NCBI GenBank assembly: GCA_000989765.1
Contig: LBOW01000005.1
Span: 661 to 64,660, forward strand
Direction of reading: 5' to 3'
DNA: 64,000 bases
Source: Candidatus Woesebacteria bacterium GW2011_GWB1_33_22
GTDB lineage: Bacteria > Patescibacteriota > Microgenomatia > UBA8517
Under the pieces are notes generated by a model. That model searched no databases. It worked only from the letters and a program-made list of their open reading frames with translations, and was not told the DNA's origin. The first letter of the stretch is position 1. Each line of letters opens with the position of its first letter. Both the position numbers and the translations under genes were made by a program. Below are positions 29,375-38,157 of this stretch, one piece after another.

Positions 29375-30118
29375 TTATTTCTTTCTTCTCTGCCTACTCT
29401 CAACTATCACACTGTTTGAATATTTTCTTTTAAATCTGGTTTTTCCTACAGCCTTTTTACCCCAAGGAGTCTTTGGATATTTAAGACCGACCCTACTTCT
29501 TCCCTCTCCTCCACCATGTGGATGAGCATTAGGATGCATTGCAACTCCTCTAACATGAGGTCTTATACCTCTCCACCTTGATGCGCCAGCTTTTGTTCTT
29601 TTTTTATTTTTATCTTCAACATTACCAATCTGACCAATCATTGCCCAAGCATTTGGGTCAAATTTTCTAATCTCGCCTGATGGCATCTTGATTAGAACAT
29701 GTGTTTCATCTTTACCAAAGACAAAAGCCACAATTCCGGCACCTCTTGCAATCTGCCCACCAAATCCAGGTTTAATTTCAATGTTACTTACTTCAAAACC
29801 TACTGGAATTTTGCTTAAAGGTAAGAAATTACCGACCTCAAGAGGAGCAGAACTTGATGAAATTACTTTCATTCCCTCTTTTAACTTGTCTGGGGCTATT
29901 ATATATGATCTTACACCGTTTTCATAAAGAAGTTTTGCAATTCTTGCGTTTCTATTTGGATCATACTCAACACTTTCAACTTTAGCCCAAATTTCTTTTA
30001 GATTTCTTTTGAAATCTATTGTTCTTAAAAATCTTTTGCTTCTGCCACCATCGTGTCTGGAAGTAACCTTGCCTCCACTTCGTCCTGCATGTTTTTTGAG
30101 TATAGTTTTTAGTTTCAT
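29375..30118 (-). CDS. rplB: 50S ribosomal protein L2 (N-terminally short)
   Basis: GGGEGR..G and PWG motifs. At 247 aa it is shorter than the typical ~273 aa. Confidence 0.95.
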   Translation of the reverse strand: MKLKTILKKHAGRSGGKVTSRHDGGRSKRFLRTIDFKRNLKEIWAKVESVEYDPNRNARIAKLLYENGVRSYIIAPDKLKEGMKVISSSSAPLEVGNFLPLSKIPVGFEVSNIEIKPGFGGQIARGAGIVAFVFGKDETHVLIKMPSGEIRKFDPNAWAMIGQIGNVEDKNKKRTKAGASRWRGIRPHVRGVAMHPNAHPHGGGEGRSRVGLKYPKTPWGKKAVGKTRFKRKYSNSVIVESRQRRKK

Positions 30119-30390
30119 TTTTTCGTTTCTGTAAAAATGTCAATTTTACCTGATTTAAGTGAAATTATTGCTTTCTTCATGGCCTTTTTTGTAACAACCC
30201 TACCCCTAGCGTTTTTATTTGAACTCTTTTTATAATTAATCGTTTTAACCAACCTAACTTTGACGTCATATGCTTTTTCAAACAAACTCTTAATTTGGTT
30301 TTTAGTTAAAGTAGGTAACACCCAAAATGAGTAGTTACCACTTTTTGCCTGGTTCATACTTTTCTCTGTAAAAATTGGTCTTATTTTCAT
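30115..30390 (-). CDS. rplW: 50S ribosomal protein L23
   Basis: L23 sequence in canonical position. Confidence 0.9.
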   Translation of the reverse strand: MKIRPIFTEKSMNQAKSGNYSFWVLPTLTKNQIKSLFEKAYDVKVRLVKTINYKKSSNKNARGRVVTKKAMKKAIISLKSGKIDIFTETKK

Positions 30391-30393
30391 AAC

Positions 30394-30921
30394 TTATTTG
30401 CTTTCTTTTTCTAACAATATATTTTTGTATTTCATAATTTCGTAGGCACCAATGTTATTCATTGTTAAAACTTTGATACCCTCTATATTTCTAAAAAATA
30501 TTGCGACTTTTTGATTTTTGGAAGTCAAAATTATTAAAATCTTGCCCTTAAGTTTAGTTTCTTTAATCTTCTTAGCAGCATCTTTTGTACTTTTTATTTT
30601 TTCTACATTTTCAAAGTTGATTAGTTCTTTTTTGTCTTTTTTAAAGGAAATTGCTAAATCAAGCGCTTTTTTCTTCATCTTTAAAGGTAAATTAAGTTCT
30701 CTTTTTACTCCTTTTGGACCATGAGCTTTACCTCCACCAACAAAAATAGGGGCACTTCTTGCACCATGCCTGGCGCCACCGGTTCCTTTTTGCTTGTACA
30801 ACTTTTTCTTTGTTCTATTTACTTCTGATCTAGTTTGGACTTTATTTAAGCCAAAATGAGTCCTATCTTCAAAGGTTCTGACTACTTGCTTTAAAAGTGA
30901 TGTGTTAACTTTGGTTTTCAT
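30394..30921 (-). CDS. rplD: 50S ribosomal protein L4
   Basis: KQKGTGGARHGARSAPIFVGGGKAHGPK; start at the internal MKTKV. Confidence 0.93.
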   Translation of the reverse strand: MKTKVNTSLLKQVVRTFEDRTHFGLNKVQTRSEVNRTKKKLYKQKGTGGARHGARSAPIFVGGGKAHGPKGVKRELNLPLKMKKKALDLAISFKKDKKELINFENVEKIKSTKDAAKKIKETKLKGKILIILTSKNQKVAIFFRNIEGIKVLTMNNIGAYEIMKYKNILLEKESK

Positions 30922-31615
30922 TTTTCGTTTCCTCCGGTACTTCAATTTCAACAACTTGAGCAACTACTTCGTGTTCCAAATCTTTCAAAGATCCTGATTT
31001 GACTTTCTTAATTGTTAGAAAAGACCCAATTCTACCTGGAATTGCACCCGAAACCAAAACTTCATTTTTTTCTGGATCAACACTTACAACATGAAGATTT
31101 TTAATAGTTACTTGTGTATTTCCCATTCTTCCCGCCATTCTCTTACCTTTATAAACTCTCCCAGGGGTTGTCGTCTGTCCAATTGATCCTGGAGCTCTAT
31201 GACGATCTGACTGTCCGTGAGTTTTTGGTCCTCCTTTAAAGTTAAATCTTCTAACACCTCCTGCAAATCCCTTACCTTTAGTATCACCGGTTGCAAAAAC
31301 AACATCTCCAGCCTTAACTACATCTGAAGCTTTAATAATGTCACCAACTTTATATTCTGGTTCTTTGTCTAGTCTTATTTCTTTGATGTATCTTGGGGTT
31401 ACTTTACTTTCTTTGAAGTGTCCTTGAAGTGGTTTTGTAGTATTTTTGAGTTTCTTTTCTCCGAATCCTAATTGAACAGACCAATAACCATCTTTTTCTT
31501 GATTCTTGATCTGAACTACAGTACAAGGACCAAGATTAATTTTTGTAACAGGAATCCTAAAACCTTCTATGAAAGTCTGCGTCATTACCCCTTTTGTACC
31601 AAATAATATATTCAT
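30905..31615 (-). CDS. rplC: 50S ribosomal protein L3
   Basis: GVMTQTFIEGF N-terminus and an FKGGPKTHGQSDRHR motif. Confidence 0.95.
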   Translation of the reverse strand: MNILFGTKGVMTQTFIEGFRIPVTKINLGPCTVVQIKNQEKDGYWSVQLGFGEKKLKNTTKPLQGHFKESKVTPRYIKEIRLDKEPEYKVGDIIKASDVVKAGDVVFATGDTKGKGFAGGVRRFNFKGGPKTHGQSDRHRAPGSIGQTTTPGRVYKGKRMAGRMGNTQVTIKNLHVVSVDPEKNEVLVSGAIPGRIGSFLTIKKVKSGSLKDLEHEVVAQVVEIEVPEETKNENQS

Positions 31616-31666
31616 TTTTGAAAGCCAAAAAAAACAAAGAATTCATTTTCATGATTCTAAGGGTGA

Positions 31667-31695
31667 ATTATATCAATCTTTGGAGCTTTACGCAA
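31667..31695 (-). promoter_or_regulatory. Near-consensus sigma-70-like promoter (TTGCGT-17-TATAAT) between rpsJ and rplC
   Basis: Minus-strand cttGCGTaaagctccaaagattgaTATAATtcaccc inside the S10 cluster. Confidence 0.5.
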
Positions 31696-31705
31696 GACAA
31701 AAAAA

Positions 31706-32008
31706 TTACATCTTGATCTCGATAGAGACTCCGGCGGGGAGATCAAGATTACCTAGCGCATCAACAGTTTTTGGGGTTGGGTCAATAATATCAACCAATC
31801 TTTTGTGGGTTAAAACTTCATAATGTTCTTGTGCATCCTTATCCGTAAATGGCGACTCCTTAATGGCCACGATTGACCTGTCTGTGGGGAGTGGAATTGG
31901 ACCTAGAATTTTAGCACCTGTTGAAAGTGCCGCATCAATTATTTTTGTTGCGGCCTCATCAATTACTCTATGATCGTAAGCCTTAAGCTTAACTCTTAAT
32001 CTCTGCAT
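31706..32008 (-). CDS. rpsJ: 30S ribosomal protein S10
   Basis: MQRLRVKLKAYDHRVIDEAATKIIDAA.. canonical S10. Confidence 0.95.
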   Translation of the reverse strand: MQRLRVKLKAYDHRVIDEAATKIIDAALSTGAKILGPIPLPTDRSIVAIKESPFTDKDAQEHYEVLTHKRLVDIIDPTPKTVDALGNLDLPAGVSIEIKM

Positions 32009-32018
32009 ATTAGTGTGC

Positions 32019-32034
32019 TTTCGCCAGTTGGCGA
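32019..32034 (-). promoter_or_regulatory. GC-rich perfect palindrome (TTCGCCAACTGGCGAA) in the tuf-rpsJ intergenic region; candidate S10-leader attenuator or processing hairpin
   Basis: 16-nt inverted repeat with no U-tract, sitting in the 31-nt tuf-rpsJ gap. E. coli regulates the S10 operon through a leader hairpin (L4). Confidence 0.35.
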
Positions 32035-32039
32035 ATAAT

Positions 32040-33242
32040 TTAGGCTAAAATTTTAGTGATTACTCCAGCACCTACTGTGTGGCCACCTTCTCGAATTGCA
32101 AAACGAAGACCTTCTTCCATTGCAACAGTTGCAATAAGTTTTACTTTCATTTTAGCTGAGTCACCTGGCATAACCATTTCAACACCTTCTGGAAGAGTAA
32201 CATCTCCTGTTACATTTGCGGTTCTAATAAAAAACTGTGGTTTGTAACCTGTAAAGAATGGGGTGTGTCTTCCCCCCTCATCTTTAGATAAAATATAAAC
32301 CTCAGCTTCAAATTCCGTATGGGGAGTAACTGTTCCAGATTTAGCCAAGACCTGTCCTCTTTCAACTTGTGTTTTTTCAACCCCTCGAAGTAAAACTCCC
32401 ACATTATCTCCTGCCATTGCAGAATCAAGAAGTTTCCTGAACATTTCAAGTCCGGTCACAACTGATTTTTGTGTGTCTTTAAGACCGATTATTTCAATCT
32501 CTTCGTTAACCTTGATTTCTCCTCTTTCAACTCTTCCGGTAACAACAGTTCCACGTCCTGAAATTGAAAATACATCTTCAACAGGCATTAAGAATGGCTT
32601 TTCAGTATCTCTTACTGGATCTGGAATATATGCATCAGCCTGTTTCATTAATTCCAAAATTCCTTTTTCTGCTTCTGCATCACCTTCCAAAGCTTTTAGT
32701 GCCGATACGCGAACAATTGGAGTAGTGTCTCCTGGGAATTGATATTTCTTAAGTAAATCTCTAATATCTGCTTCTACAAGTTCAAGAAGTTCTGGATCAT
32801 CCATCGCATCGCATTTATTAAGTGCAACAATTAATGAAGGGACATTAACTTGTCTGGCTAAAATTACATGCTCTCTTGTCTGAGGCATTGGTCCATCTGG
32901 AGCTGAGACAACTAAGATTGCTCCGTCCATTTGTGCAGCACCAGTAATCATGTTTTTGATGTAGTCGGCATGTCCCGGAGCGTCAATATGAGCATAATGC
33001 CTTTTGTCTGTTTCATACTCAACGTGGCTTATATTAATCGTAACTCCTCTTTGCTTCTCTTCAGGAGCTGAATCAATTTGATCAAATGCATAAGCTTTAT
33101 TTACTCCACCTGGGAAATTCTTTGCAAGAACTGTAGTAATAGCAGCTGTAAGTGTGGTTTTTCCATGATCAACATGACCAATAGTACCAATGTTTACATG
33201 TGGTTTACTTCTATCAAATTTTACTTTTGCTGCATCTGCCAT
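32040..33242 (-). CDS. tuf: Elongation factor Tu
   Basis: [23 protein letters not shown] and other canonical motifs. Start placed at ATG 33242 ([15 protein letters not shown]); the track extension begins at a TTG that is itself the -35 box. Confidence 0.95.
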   Translation of the reverse strand: MADAAKVKFDRSKPHVNIGTIGHVDHGKTTLTAAITTVLAKNFPGGVNKAYAFDQIDSAPEEKQRGVTINISHVEYETDKRHYAHIDAPGHADYIKNMITGAAQMDGAILVVSAPDGPMPQTREHVILARQVNVPSLIVALNKCDAMDDPELLELVEADIRDLLKKYQFPGDTTPIVRVSALKALEGDAEAEKGILELMKQADAYIPDPVRDTEKPFLMPVEDVFSISGRGTVVTGRVERGEIKVNEEIEIIGLKDTQKSVVTGLEMFRKLLDSAMAGDNVGVLLRGVEKTQVERGQVLAKSGTVTPHTEFEAEVYILSKDEGGRHTPFFTGYKPQFFIRTANVTGDVTLPEGVEMVMPGDSAKMKVKLIATVAMEEGLRFAIREGGHTVGAGVITKILA

Positions 33243-33251
33243 AGAATCTGT

Positions 33252-33281
33252 ATTATATTTGAACCTACTAGCCTGTGTCAA
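33252..33281 (-). promoter_or_regulatory. Consensus sigma-70-like promoter (TTGACA-18-TATAAT) placed 9 nt upstream of the tuf ATG
   Basis: Minus-strand TTGACAcaggctagtaggttcaaaTATAATacagattctATG with no SD, implying a leaderless or near-leaderless tuf transcript. Confidence 0.55.
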
Positions 33282-33289
33282 CAGGGAAA

Positions 33290-35473
33290 TTACCCCCTGG
33301 CCATTTCAACTTTCCCGCTACTTTTGGCAACTATGGCAGCTGCAATGTGAGCGGGAACTTCTTCATAATGGGAAGGTTCAACATACGCCCTTGCCCTTCC
33401 TTGAGTAAGAGACCTTAATTTTGTAGCATAACCTGAAAGTTCCGCCAAAGGTGCTGTTGCGTAAATTACAGTTTCTCCACCTTTTTCCTCTGATCCTGAA
33501 ATTTGAGCCCTTTTAGAAGAAAGGTCTCCCATAACATCTCCCATGTATTCTGCTGGGGTAAAAACCTCAACTTTCATAATAGGCTCTAAAAGAACCATGT
33601 CTGCTTTTCGGACTGCATCCTCAACACCTAAAGAACCTGCAATCTTAAAGGCCATTTCTGAAGAATCAACATCATGATAGCTTCCATCAAAAACTGTAAC
33701 CTTAACATCAACCATCGGATACCCTGCCATAATTCCATTTTCAAGTTTTTCTTTTGCACCTTTTTCAATTGCGGGTACATATTCTGATGGTATGCTTCCA
33801 CCTTTGATTTGATTAACAAACTCAAATCCTTCTCCTCTGCCTTTTGGCTCAACTTTAAGTAAACAATGTCCATATTGACCACGGCCCCCAGTTTGTCTAA
33901 TATATTTTCCTTCACCCTCGGCATACTTTTTAATAGTTTCTTTGTAAGCTACTTGTGGAGCACCAGTTGTTGCAACTACGTTAAATTCTCGCTTCATTCT
34001 GTCAACCAATACTTCAAGTTGGAGTTCTCCCATTCCTGCAATAATGGTTTGTCCTGTTTCAGGATTACTTTTAATTTTAAAGGTTGGATCTTCATCAGAT
34101 AATTTGTTTAATGCCAAACCCATTTTTTCTTGATCTGATTTAGTTGCTGGTTCGATAGCAAGAGATATAACTGGCTCAGGGAAAGTAATTGATTCCAAAT
34201 GAATTGGATGAGCTGGGTCACAAAGAGTATGGCCTGTTGTGGTATCTTTTACTCCTACTACAGCTACAATTTCTCCTGCATAAGCCTCTTCTATGAGTTC
34301 TCGTTGGTCTGCGTGAAGAAGGACAAGTTTACCTATTCTTTCAGTAATTTGTTTACTAGAGTTATAGACTTGTTGACCAGTTTTTAAAGTTCCTGAATAA
34401 ACCCTAACATAAACAAGTCTACCTACATGTGGATCTGTTACAATTTTAAAGGCAAGACCAGAAAAAGCAGCCTCATTTTTTCTTTCCCTTGTTTCAACTT
34501 CACCTGTTTTGGGGTTTGTTCCTGAAATTGCAGGCAAATCAATTGGTGATGGCAAATATTCAACAACTCCATTTAATAAAAGTTGACTTTCTGCAGTTCT
34601 ATTGTCCCCTCCGAAGACTGGAAAAAATTTACCAGCAATAACACCTTTTCTAATTGCTCTTTTAATTTCGATCTCTGTTGGTTCAACACCTTCTAGATAT
34701 TTTGCCAGTGTATCATCATCAAATTCTGAAACTTTTTCTATAAGTTCTTGTCTATACTTTTTAGCAGTTTCCAAAAGATCATTAGGTATTTCTTCCTCTA
34801 CAAGCTTGGCGTCTTCGACTGCTTTATAGGCTAAAGCTTTCATCGTAATTAAATCAATTACTCCGCGATGAGCATGTTCTTGACCTATTGGGTAAATTAC
34901 AGGTGAGGCATTTGCCCCAAGTCTTTCTCTAATTGACTTTATAGATCCGTCAAAGTCAGATCCAATTAGGTTAAGTTTATTTAAGACACAAATTCTTGGA
35001 ACATTATATTTATCAGCCTGTCTCCAAACTGTTTCTGATTGTGATTCAACTCCTGTTCTGCCATCAAAAACCATTAAAGCACCGTCTAATACACGTAACG
35101 ATCTTTCAACTTCAGCTGTAAAATCAATATGTCCTGGAGTATCAATTAAGTTAATACGATATTTACCAGATTTAACATAATTATAAACCTGCCTACCGGC
35201 AGGCAGGTCCCAAAAGGCAGTAATTGCAGCTGAAACAATTGTAATTCCACGTTCTCTTTCCTGTGCCATCCAGTCTGTAACTGTTGTTCCATCATCAACG
35301 GAGCCTTGTTTATAAGTTCTTCCTGTCTCGAAAAGAAGTCTTTCAGTGGTTGTAGTTTTTCCTGCATCAATGTGAGCAATAATTCCAATGTTTCTAATTT
35401 TCTCCAACGAAACATTGCGGTCTTTAGTAGCCGTCATTACAATTGCAGACTTTTTTGCTTTTTCCTCAGCCAT
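33290..35473 (-). CDS. fusA: Elongation factor G
   Basis: [15 protein letters not shown], domain IV and the rest of the canonical EF-G pattern; 727 aa. Confidence 0.97.
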   Translation of the reverse strand: MAEEKAKKSAIVMTATKDRNVSLEKIRNIGIIAHIDAGKTTTTERLLFETGRTYKQGSVDDGTTVTDWMAQERERGITIVSAAITAFWDLPAGRQVYNYVKSGKYRINLIDTPGHIDFTAEVERSLRVLDGALMVFDGRTGVESQSETVWRQADKYNVPRICVLNKLNLIGSDFDGSIKSIRERLGANASPVIYPIGQEHAHRGVIDLITMKALAYKAVEDAKLVEEEIPNDLLETAKKYRQELIEKVSEFDDDTLAKYLEGVEPTEIEIKRAIRKGVIAGKFFPVFGGDNRTAESQLLLNGVVEYLPSPIDLPAISGTNPKTGEVETRERKNEAAFSGLAFKIVTDPHVGRLVYVRVYSGTLKTGQQVYNSSKQITERIGKLVLLHADQRELIEEAYAGEIVAVVGVKDTTTGHTLCDPAHPIHLESITFPEPVISLAIEPATKSDQEKMGLALNKLSDEDPTFKIKSNPETGQTIIAGMGELQLEVLVDRMKREFNVVATTGAPQVAYKETIKKYAEGEGKYIRQTGGRGQYGHCLLKVEPKGRGEGFEFVNQIKGGSIPSEYVPAIEKGAKEKLENGIMAGYPMVDVKVTVFDGSYHDVDSSEMAFKIAGSLGVEDAVRKADMVLLEPIMKVEVFTPAEYMGDVMGDLSSKRAQISGSEEKGGETVIYATAPLAELSGYATKLRSLTQGRARAYVEPSHYEEVPAHIAAAIVAKSSGKVEMARG

Positions 35474-35479
35474 ATAAAA

Positions 35480-35515
35480 ACCTAGCTACTAGATACTAGA
35501 ATCTAGGTACTAGGT
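35480..35515. repeat. Five tandem CTAG-centred heptads (period exactly 7) in the fusA 5' leader
   Basis: acCTAGctaCTAGataCTAGaatCTAGgtaCTAGgt, with CTAG at 35482, 35489, 35496, 35503 and 35510. Confidence 0.6.
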
Positions 35516-35521
35516 ATGAGT

Positions 35522-35550
35522 GATTGTAGCAGGAGAAGCCTTAATCTTCA
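35522..35550 (-). promoter_or_regulatory. Promoter-like TTGAAG-17-TACAAT upstream of fusA
   Basis: Minus-strand TTGAAGattaaggcttctcctgcTACAAT about 50 nt upstream of the fusA ATG. Confidence 0.45.
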
Positions 35551-35563
35551 ATAAACAAATTTG

Positions 35564-35776
35564 TTACTCTTCTTTATGTTTTTTACAATGATAGCAATTT
35601 CTTTCCCAATTTTGTGCTATTTCTTGGTTTAACGTAAGAGTTACTGCCCTTTCATCACTCACAATTACAAAACCTTCCATTTGCTCTCTAGCCTCGTTAA
35701 TATTCTCAACACTGATCGTGTTTACAATATTGTGTCCCGAAGACTTATATAATAAATAATACGTACTATCTGCCAT
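35564..35776 (-). CDS. Hypothetical 70-aa protein with C-terminal CxxC
   Basis: ORF MADSTYYLLYKSS...CYHCKKHKEE. Its ATG directly abuts repeat copy A (TAATAT -10-like hexamer 9 nt upstream). Confidence 0.45.
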   Translation of the reverse strand: MADSTYYLLYKSSGHNIVNTISVENINEAREQMEGFVIVSDERAVTLTLNQEIAQNWERNCYHCKKHKEE

Positions 35777-35816
35777 AATGGCCTGATATTACTCTCTCTC
35801 TGCAGAATTCAAGATA
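35774..35816. repeat. Direct repeat copy A of a ~45-bp module (core ctgatattactctctctct)
   Basis: Near-identical to 36842..36888. Read on the minus strand it is cTTGAAttctgcagagagagagTAATATcaggccattATG. Confidence 0.7.
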
Positions 35817-35846
35817 TAATTTGACAAATGGGGTAGAATACTCTTG

Positions 35847-36602
35847 ATGATGAAAATAAACTCTAAAATTATTTTGGTTGCCGTACTTATACTTTTTGTC
35901 CTTCCTTTTACCGGAGCTTGGGCTATAGTTGGTGCAGGGCATGTTGGCGTAGTTACAAGATTAGGTGCTGTAAATAGAGTAGCTAATCCCGGTTTTACAT
36001 TAAAAATTCCATTAATTGAGTCAGTTGTTTCTATGGAAACTAGAACTCAAAAAGAACAAGTAGAAGCAACAGCTGCTTCAAGCGACCTTCAGGAAGTAAA
36101 GTCCACTATTGCCTTAAATTATCACTTAAATGGTGATAAAGCCGTTGATGTTTATCAAAACATTGGAATAAATTATAGAGAAAGAGTTGTTGATCCTGCC
36201 ATGCAGGAGGCATTTAAAGCAACAACCGCACAGTTTACTGCGGAGGATTTAATTGTTAAAAGGGAAAAGGTCAGAGAAATTACACTAATAGAACTTAAAA
36301 ATAGACTCGAAAAATATAATGTATTTGTTGATGATTTAAATATTGTAAATTTTGACTTTTCAAAAGATTTTAATGACGCGATTGAACAAAAACAGGTTGC
36401 ACAACAAAATTTAGAGCGGGCAAAGATTGAGGCTGAAACCGCAAAAACCCAGGCAAACGGCCAAGCCCAATCTCAACAAATTTTGAGAAATACAGGAAGT
36501 TTATCGTCTGAATATTTACAATTTTTGGCAGTTCAAAAGTGGGATGGTAAACTTCCAAATGCTACAAATGGAGTTCCTTTTATTAATATTCCCACAAGAT
36601 AA
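35847..36602 (+). CDS. SPFH/band-7 (prohibitin/stomatin-like) domain protein
   Basis: N-terminal TM then the SPFH core (VGVVTRLGAVNRV..PGFTLKIP..) and a C-terminal coiled coil (QQNLERAKIEAETAKTQA). One of very few plus-strand genes, lying between the two repeat copies. Confidence 0.8.
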   Translation: MMKINSKIILVAVLILFVLPFTGAWAIVGAGHVGVVTRLGAVNRVANPGFTLKIPLIESVVSMETRTQKEQVEATAASSDLQEVKSTIALNYHLNGDKAVDVYQNIGINYRERVVDPAMQEAFKATTAQFTAEDLIVKREKVREITLIELKNRLEKYNVFVDDLNIVNFDFSKDFNDAIEQKQVAQQNLERAKIEAETAKTQANGQAQSQQILRNTGSLSSEYLQFLAVQKWDGKLPNATNGVPFINIPTR

Positions 36603-36604
36603 AT

Positions 36605-36844
36605 TTAAGCCCTTCTTTTGATACTGGCTAATACTCCTGCTTGTCCATGAAGATATGTGTGTGTTTTAGGATCAATAAAAGTGCGTGGAACGGCTGGATT
36701 TGCACCAAATCTTGTTCCAATCTCCAAGTCTTCTGTCTTTATTGCATCGAATTGGGCTAATTCAGCAACTGATGTGGCACCGAGCGGAGCAAACAATCTC
36801 TCTCCTTTAGCACTACTTGCACTGGTTGTGAATGATATAACCAC
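36605..36844 (-). CDS. Possible gene remnant or small ORF, higher GC than its surroundings
   Basis: Protein-like translation (…GERLFAPLGATSVAELAQFDAIKTEDLEIGTRFGANPAVPRTFIDPKTHTYLHGQAG…). A GTG start sits in the same position relative to repeat copy B as the ATG of the 35564 ORF does to copy A. No family recognised. Confidence 0.3.
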   Translation of the reverse strand: MVISFTTSASSAKGERLFAPLGATSVAELAQFDAIKTEDLEIGTRFGANPAVPRTFIDPKTHTYLHGQAGVLASIKRRA

Positions 36845-36888
36845 AATAGGGCTGATATTACTCTCTCTCTCTGAAGATTTCAAGAAGT
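36842..36888. repeat. Direct repeat copy B of the ~45-bp module
   Basis: Minus-strand tcTTGAAAtcttcagagagagagagTAATATcagccctattGTG, matching copy A including the (GA)n tract and TAATAT. Confidence 0.7.
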
Positions 36889-36898
36889 GAAAAATTAT

Positions 36899-37213
36899 TT
36901 AGGCGAAGGCAACTGGAGATTGGGATTCTAAAGTTTCGACTCTTTCAATTAAATTTGATTGTACATCGCTCATTCTATCCATTCTTTTTGCAAGTGTAGT
37001 TTCAAGTTTTTCCAAATCATCTTTTGTAGCCATATTTTCTTCAACATTTTCTAACCTTTCTTCAACATTACCTAACCTACTTTTTACATCTTTCATATCT
37101 ATCTGTAAAACTTCGATTTTTTCAGTTATATCATTTAAGGCAGGCAGTGCAACTTCATGAAAAGCATCTGCAAAGTAACCACCAATATCATCAGTCGAAA
37201 GAGTTTTACTCAT
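36899..37213 (-). CDS. Hypothetical coiled-coil protein
   Basis: 104 aa of heptad-rich sequence (…KIEVLQIDMKDVKSRLGNVEERLENVEENMATKDDLEKLETTLAKRMDRM…). Sits inside the rpsG-fusA insertion. Confidence 0.55.
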   Translation of the reverse strand: MSKTLSTDDIGGYFADAFHEVALPALNDITEKIEVLQIDMKDVKSRLGNVEERLENVEENMATKDDLEKLETTLAKRMDRMSDVQSNLIERVETLESQSPVAFA

Positions 37214-37219
37214 ATATTT

Positions 37220-37248
37220 ATAATAAACTGTGGAACAAAATTGTCAAG
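37220..37248 (-). promoter_or_regulatory. Promoter TTGACA-17-TATTAT placed 6 nt upstream of the ATG of the coiled-coil gene (leaderless architecture)
   Basis: Minus-strand TTGACAaattttgttccacagttTATTATaaatatATG. Confidence 0.45.
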
Positions 37249-37264
37249 AAATTAAGAAGTTGTA

Positions 37265-37732
37265 TTACCACTTAAAATGACTAAAGGCTTTGTTTGCTTC
37301 TGCAACACGCTCCATATCAGTTCTTTTCTTTACAGCTCCACCTTCGCCTTTGGAAGCATCTATAAGCTCCTGTGCAAGTTTTTCTCCAAAGGTGTGAAAT
37401 TCTGAGTTTGATCTTGCCCGTGCGGAATTAACAAGCCAACGAATTGCTAAAGATTCTTTTCTTTCTCCCCTAACTTGGCTTGGAACCTGATATGCTGCAC
37501 CACCAACACGCTTTGCTCTAACTTCCATTTCTGGCTTGATGTTATTTATGGCTTTTTCAAAGATAGAAACCGCATCTTTTCCAATTATTGTAAACGCAGA
37601 ATAGATTTGTTTTTCTGCAACACTCTTTTTGCCATCATGCATACTTCTGTTTATAAGTTTGGAGATTAAACTATTTCCATAAACAGAATCAACTTCAACT
37701 TTTCTTTTTCTTGATTGACCTCGTCTACTCAT
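37265..37732 (-). CDS. rpsG: 30S ribosomal protein S7
   Basis: Canonical S7 sequence, 155 aa. Confidence 0.95.
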   Translation of the reverse strand: MSRRGQSRKRKVEVDSVYGNSLISKLINRSMHDGKKSVAEKQIYSAFTIIGKDAVSIFEKAINNIKPEMEVRAKRVGGAAYQVPSQVRGERKESLAIRWLVNSARARSNSEFHTFGEKLAQELIDASKGEGGAVKKRTDMERVAEANKAFSHFKW

Positions 37733-38154
37733 TACTTTTTACCTCCTTGATTTTTCTTTGTTCCATATCTACTTCTTGATGTTTGACGACCTGAAACTCC
37801 TGTAGTATCAAGTTTTCCTCTAACAATTGTATATTTTACACCTGAAAGATCTTTGACTTTTCCTCCTCTAACTAAAACTACAGAATGTTCAGCAAGTTCA
37901 TGACCCTCTCCAGGAATATATGCAGTAACTTCTTGTTTATTTGAAAGCCTAACTCTGGCAACCTTACGAAGTGCTGAATTAGGTTTCCTAGGTGTTTGCG
38001 TTCTAACTGTTAAAACAACCCCTCTTTTAAAAGGAGATACTGTTTCTCCAAAAAGTCGATCCTTAGAATTAAACCACTTTTTTAAAGAAGTAGTCTTTGT
38101 CTTCTTTTTGTTTGGAGTCCTTCCATGTTTTACCAATTGATTTGCTGTAGGCAT
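37732..38154 (-). CDS. rpsL: 30S ribosomal protein S12 with a ~13-aa N-terminal-region insertion
   Basis: [13 protein letters not shown] and [14 protein letters not shown] motifs. At 140 aa it exceeds the typical ~124 aa, with extra residues [16 protein letters not shown]. Confidence 0.93.
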   Translation of the reverse strand: MPTANQLVKHGRTPNKKKTKTTSLKKWFNSKDRLFGETVSPFKRGVVLTVRTQTPRKPNSALRKVARVRLSNKQEVTAYIPGEGHELAEHSVVLVRGGKVKDLSGVKYTIVRGKLDTTGVSGRQTSRSRYGTKKNQGGKK

Positions 38155-38157
38155 AAT

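Noticed and set aside
33243-33281. N-terminal extension of tuf ([13 protein letters not shown]) in the ORF track
   Set aside because: The extension starts at a TTG that is the first triplet of a consensus TTGACA -35 box, and the extension overlies the -10 TATAAT. The conserved EF-Tu N-terminus begins at ATG 33242.
35844-35846. TTG start for the SPFH gene as listed (MMMKIN...)
   Set aside because: The track start is a TTG immediately followed by two ATG codons. The ATG at 35847 is the more likely initiation codon, and the TTG reflects the ORF-finder convention.
36657-36890. 77-aa plus-strand ORF in the SPFH/repeat-B spacer
   Set aside because: It overlaps the more protein-like minus-strand remnant ORF and ends inside repeat copy B. 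No signals support it. The region is better treated as a remnant or non-coding.
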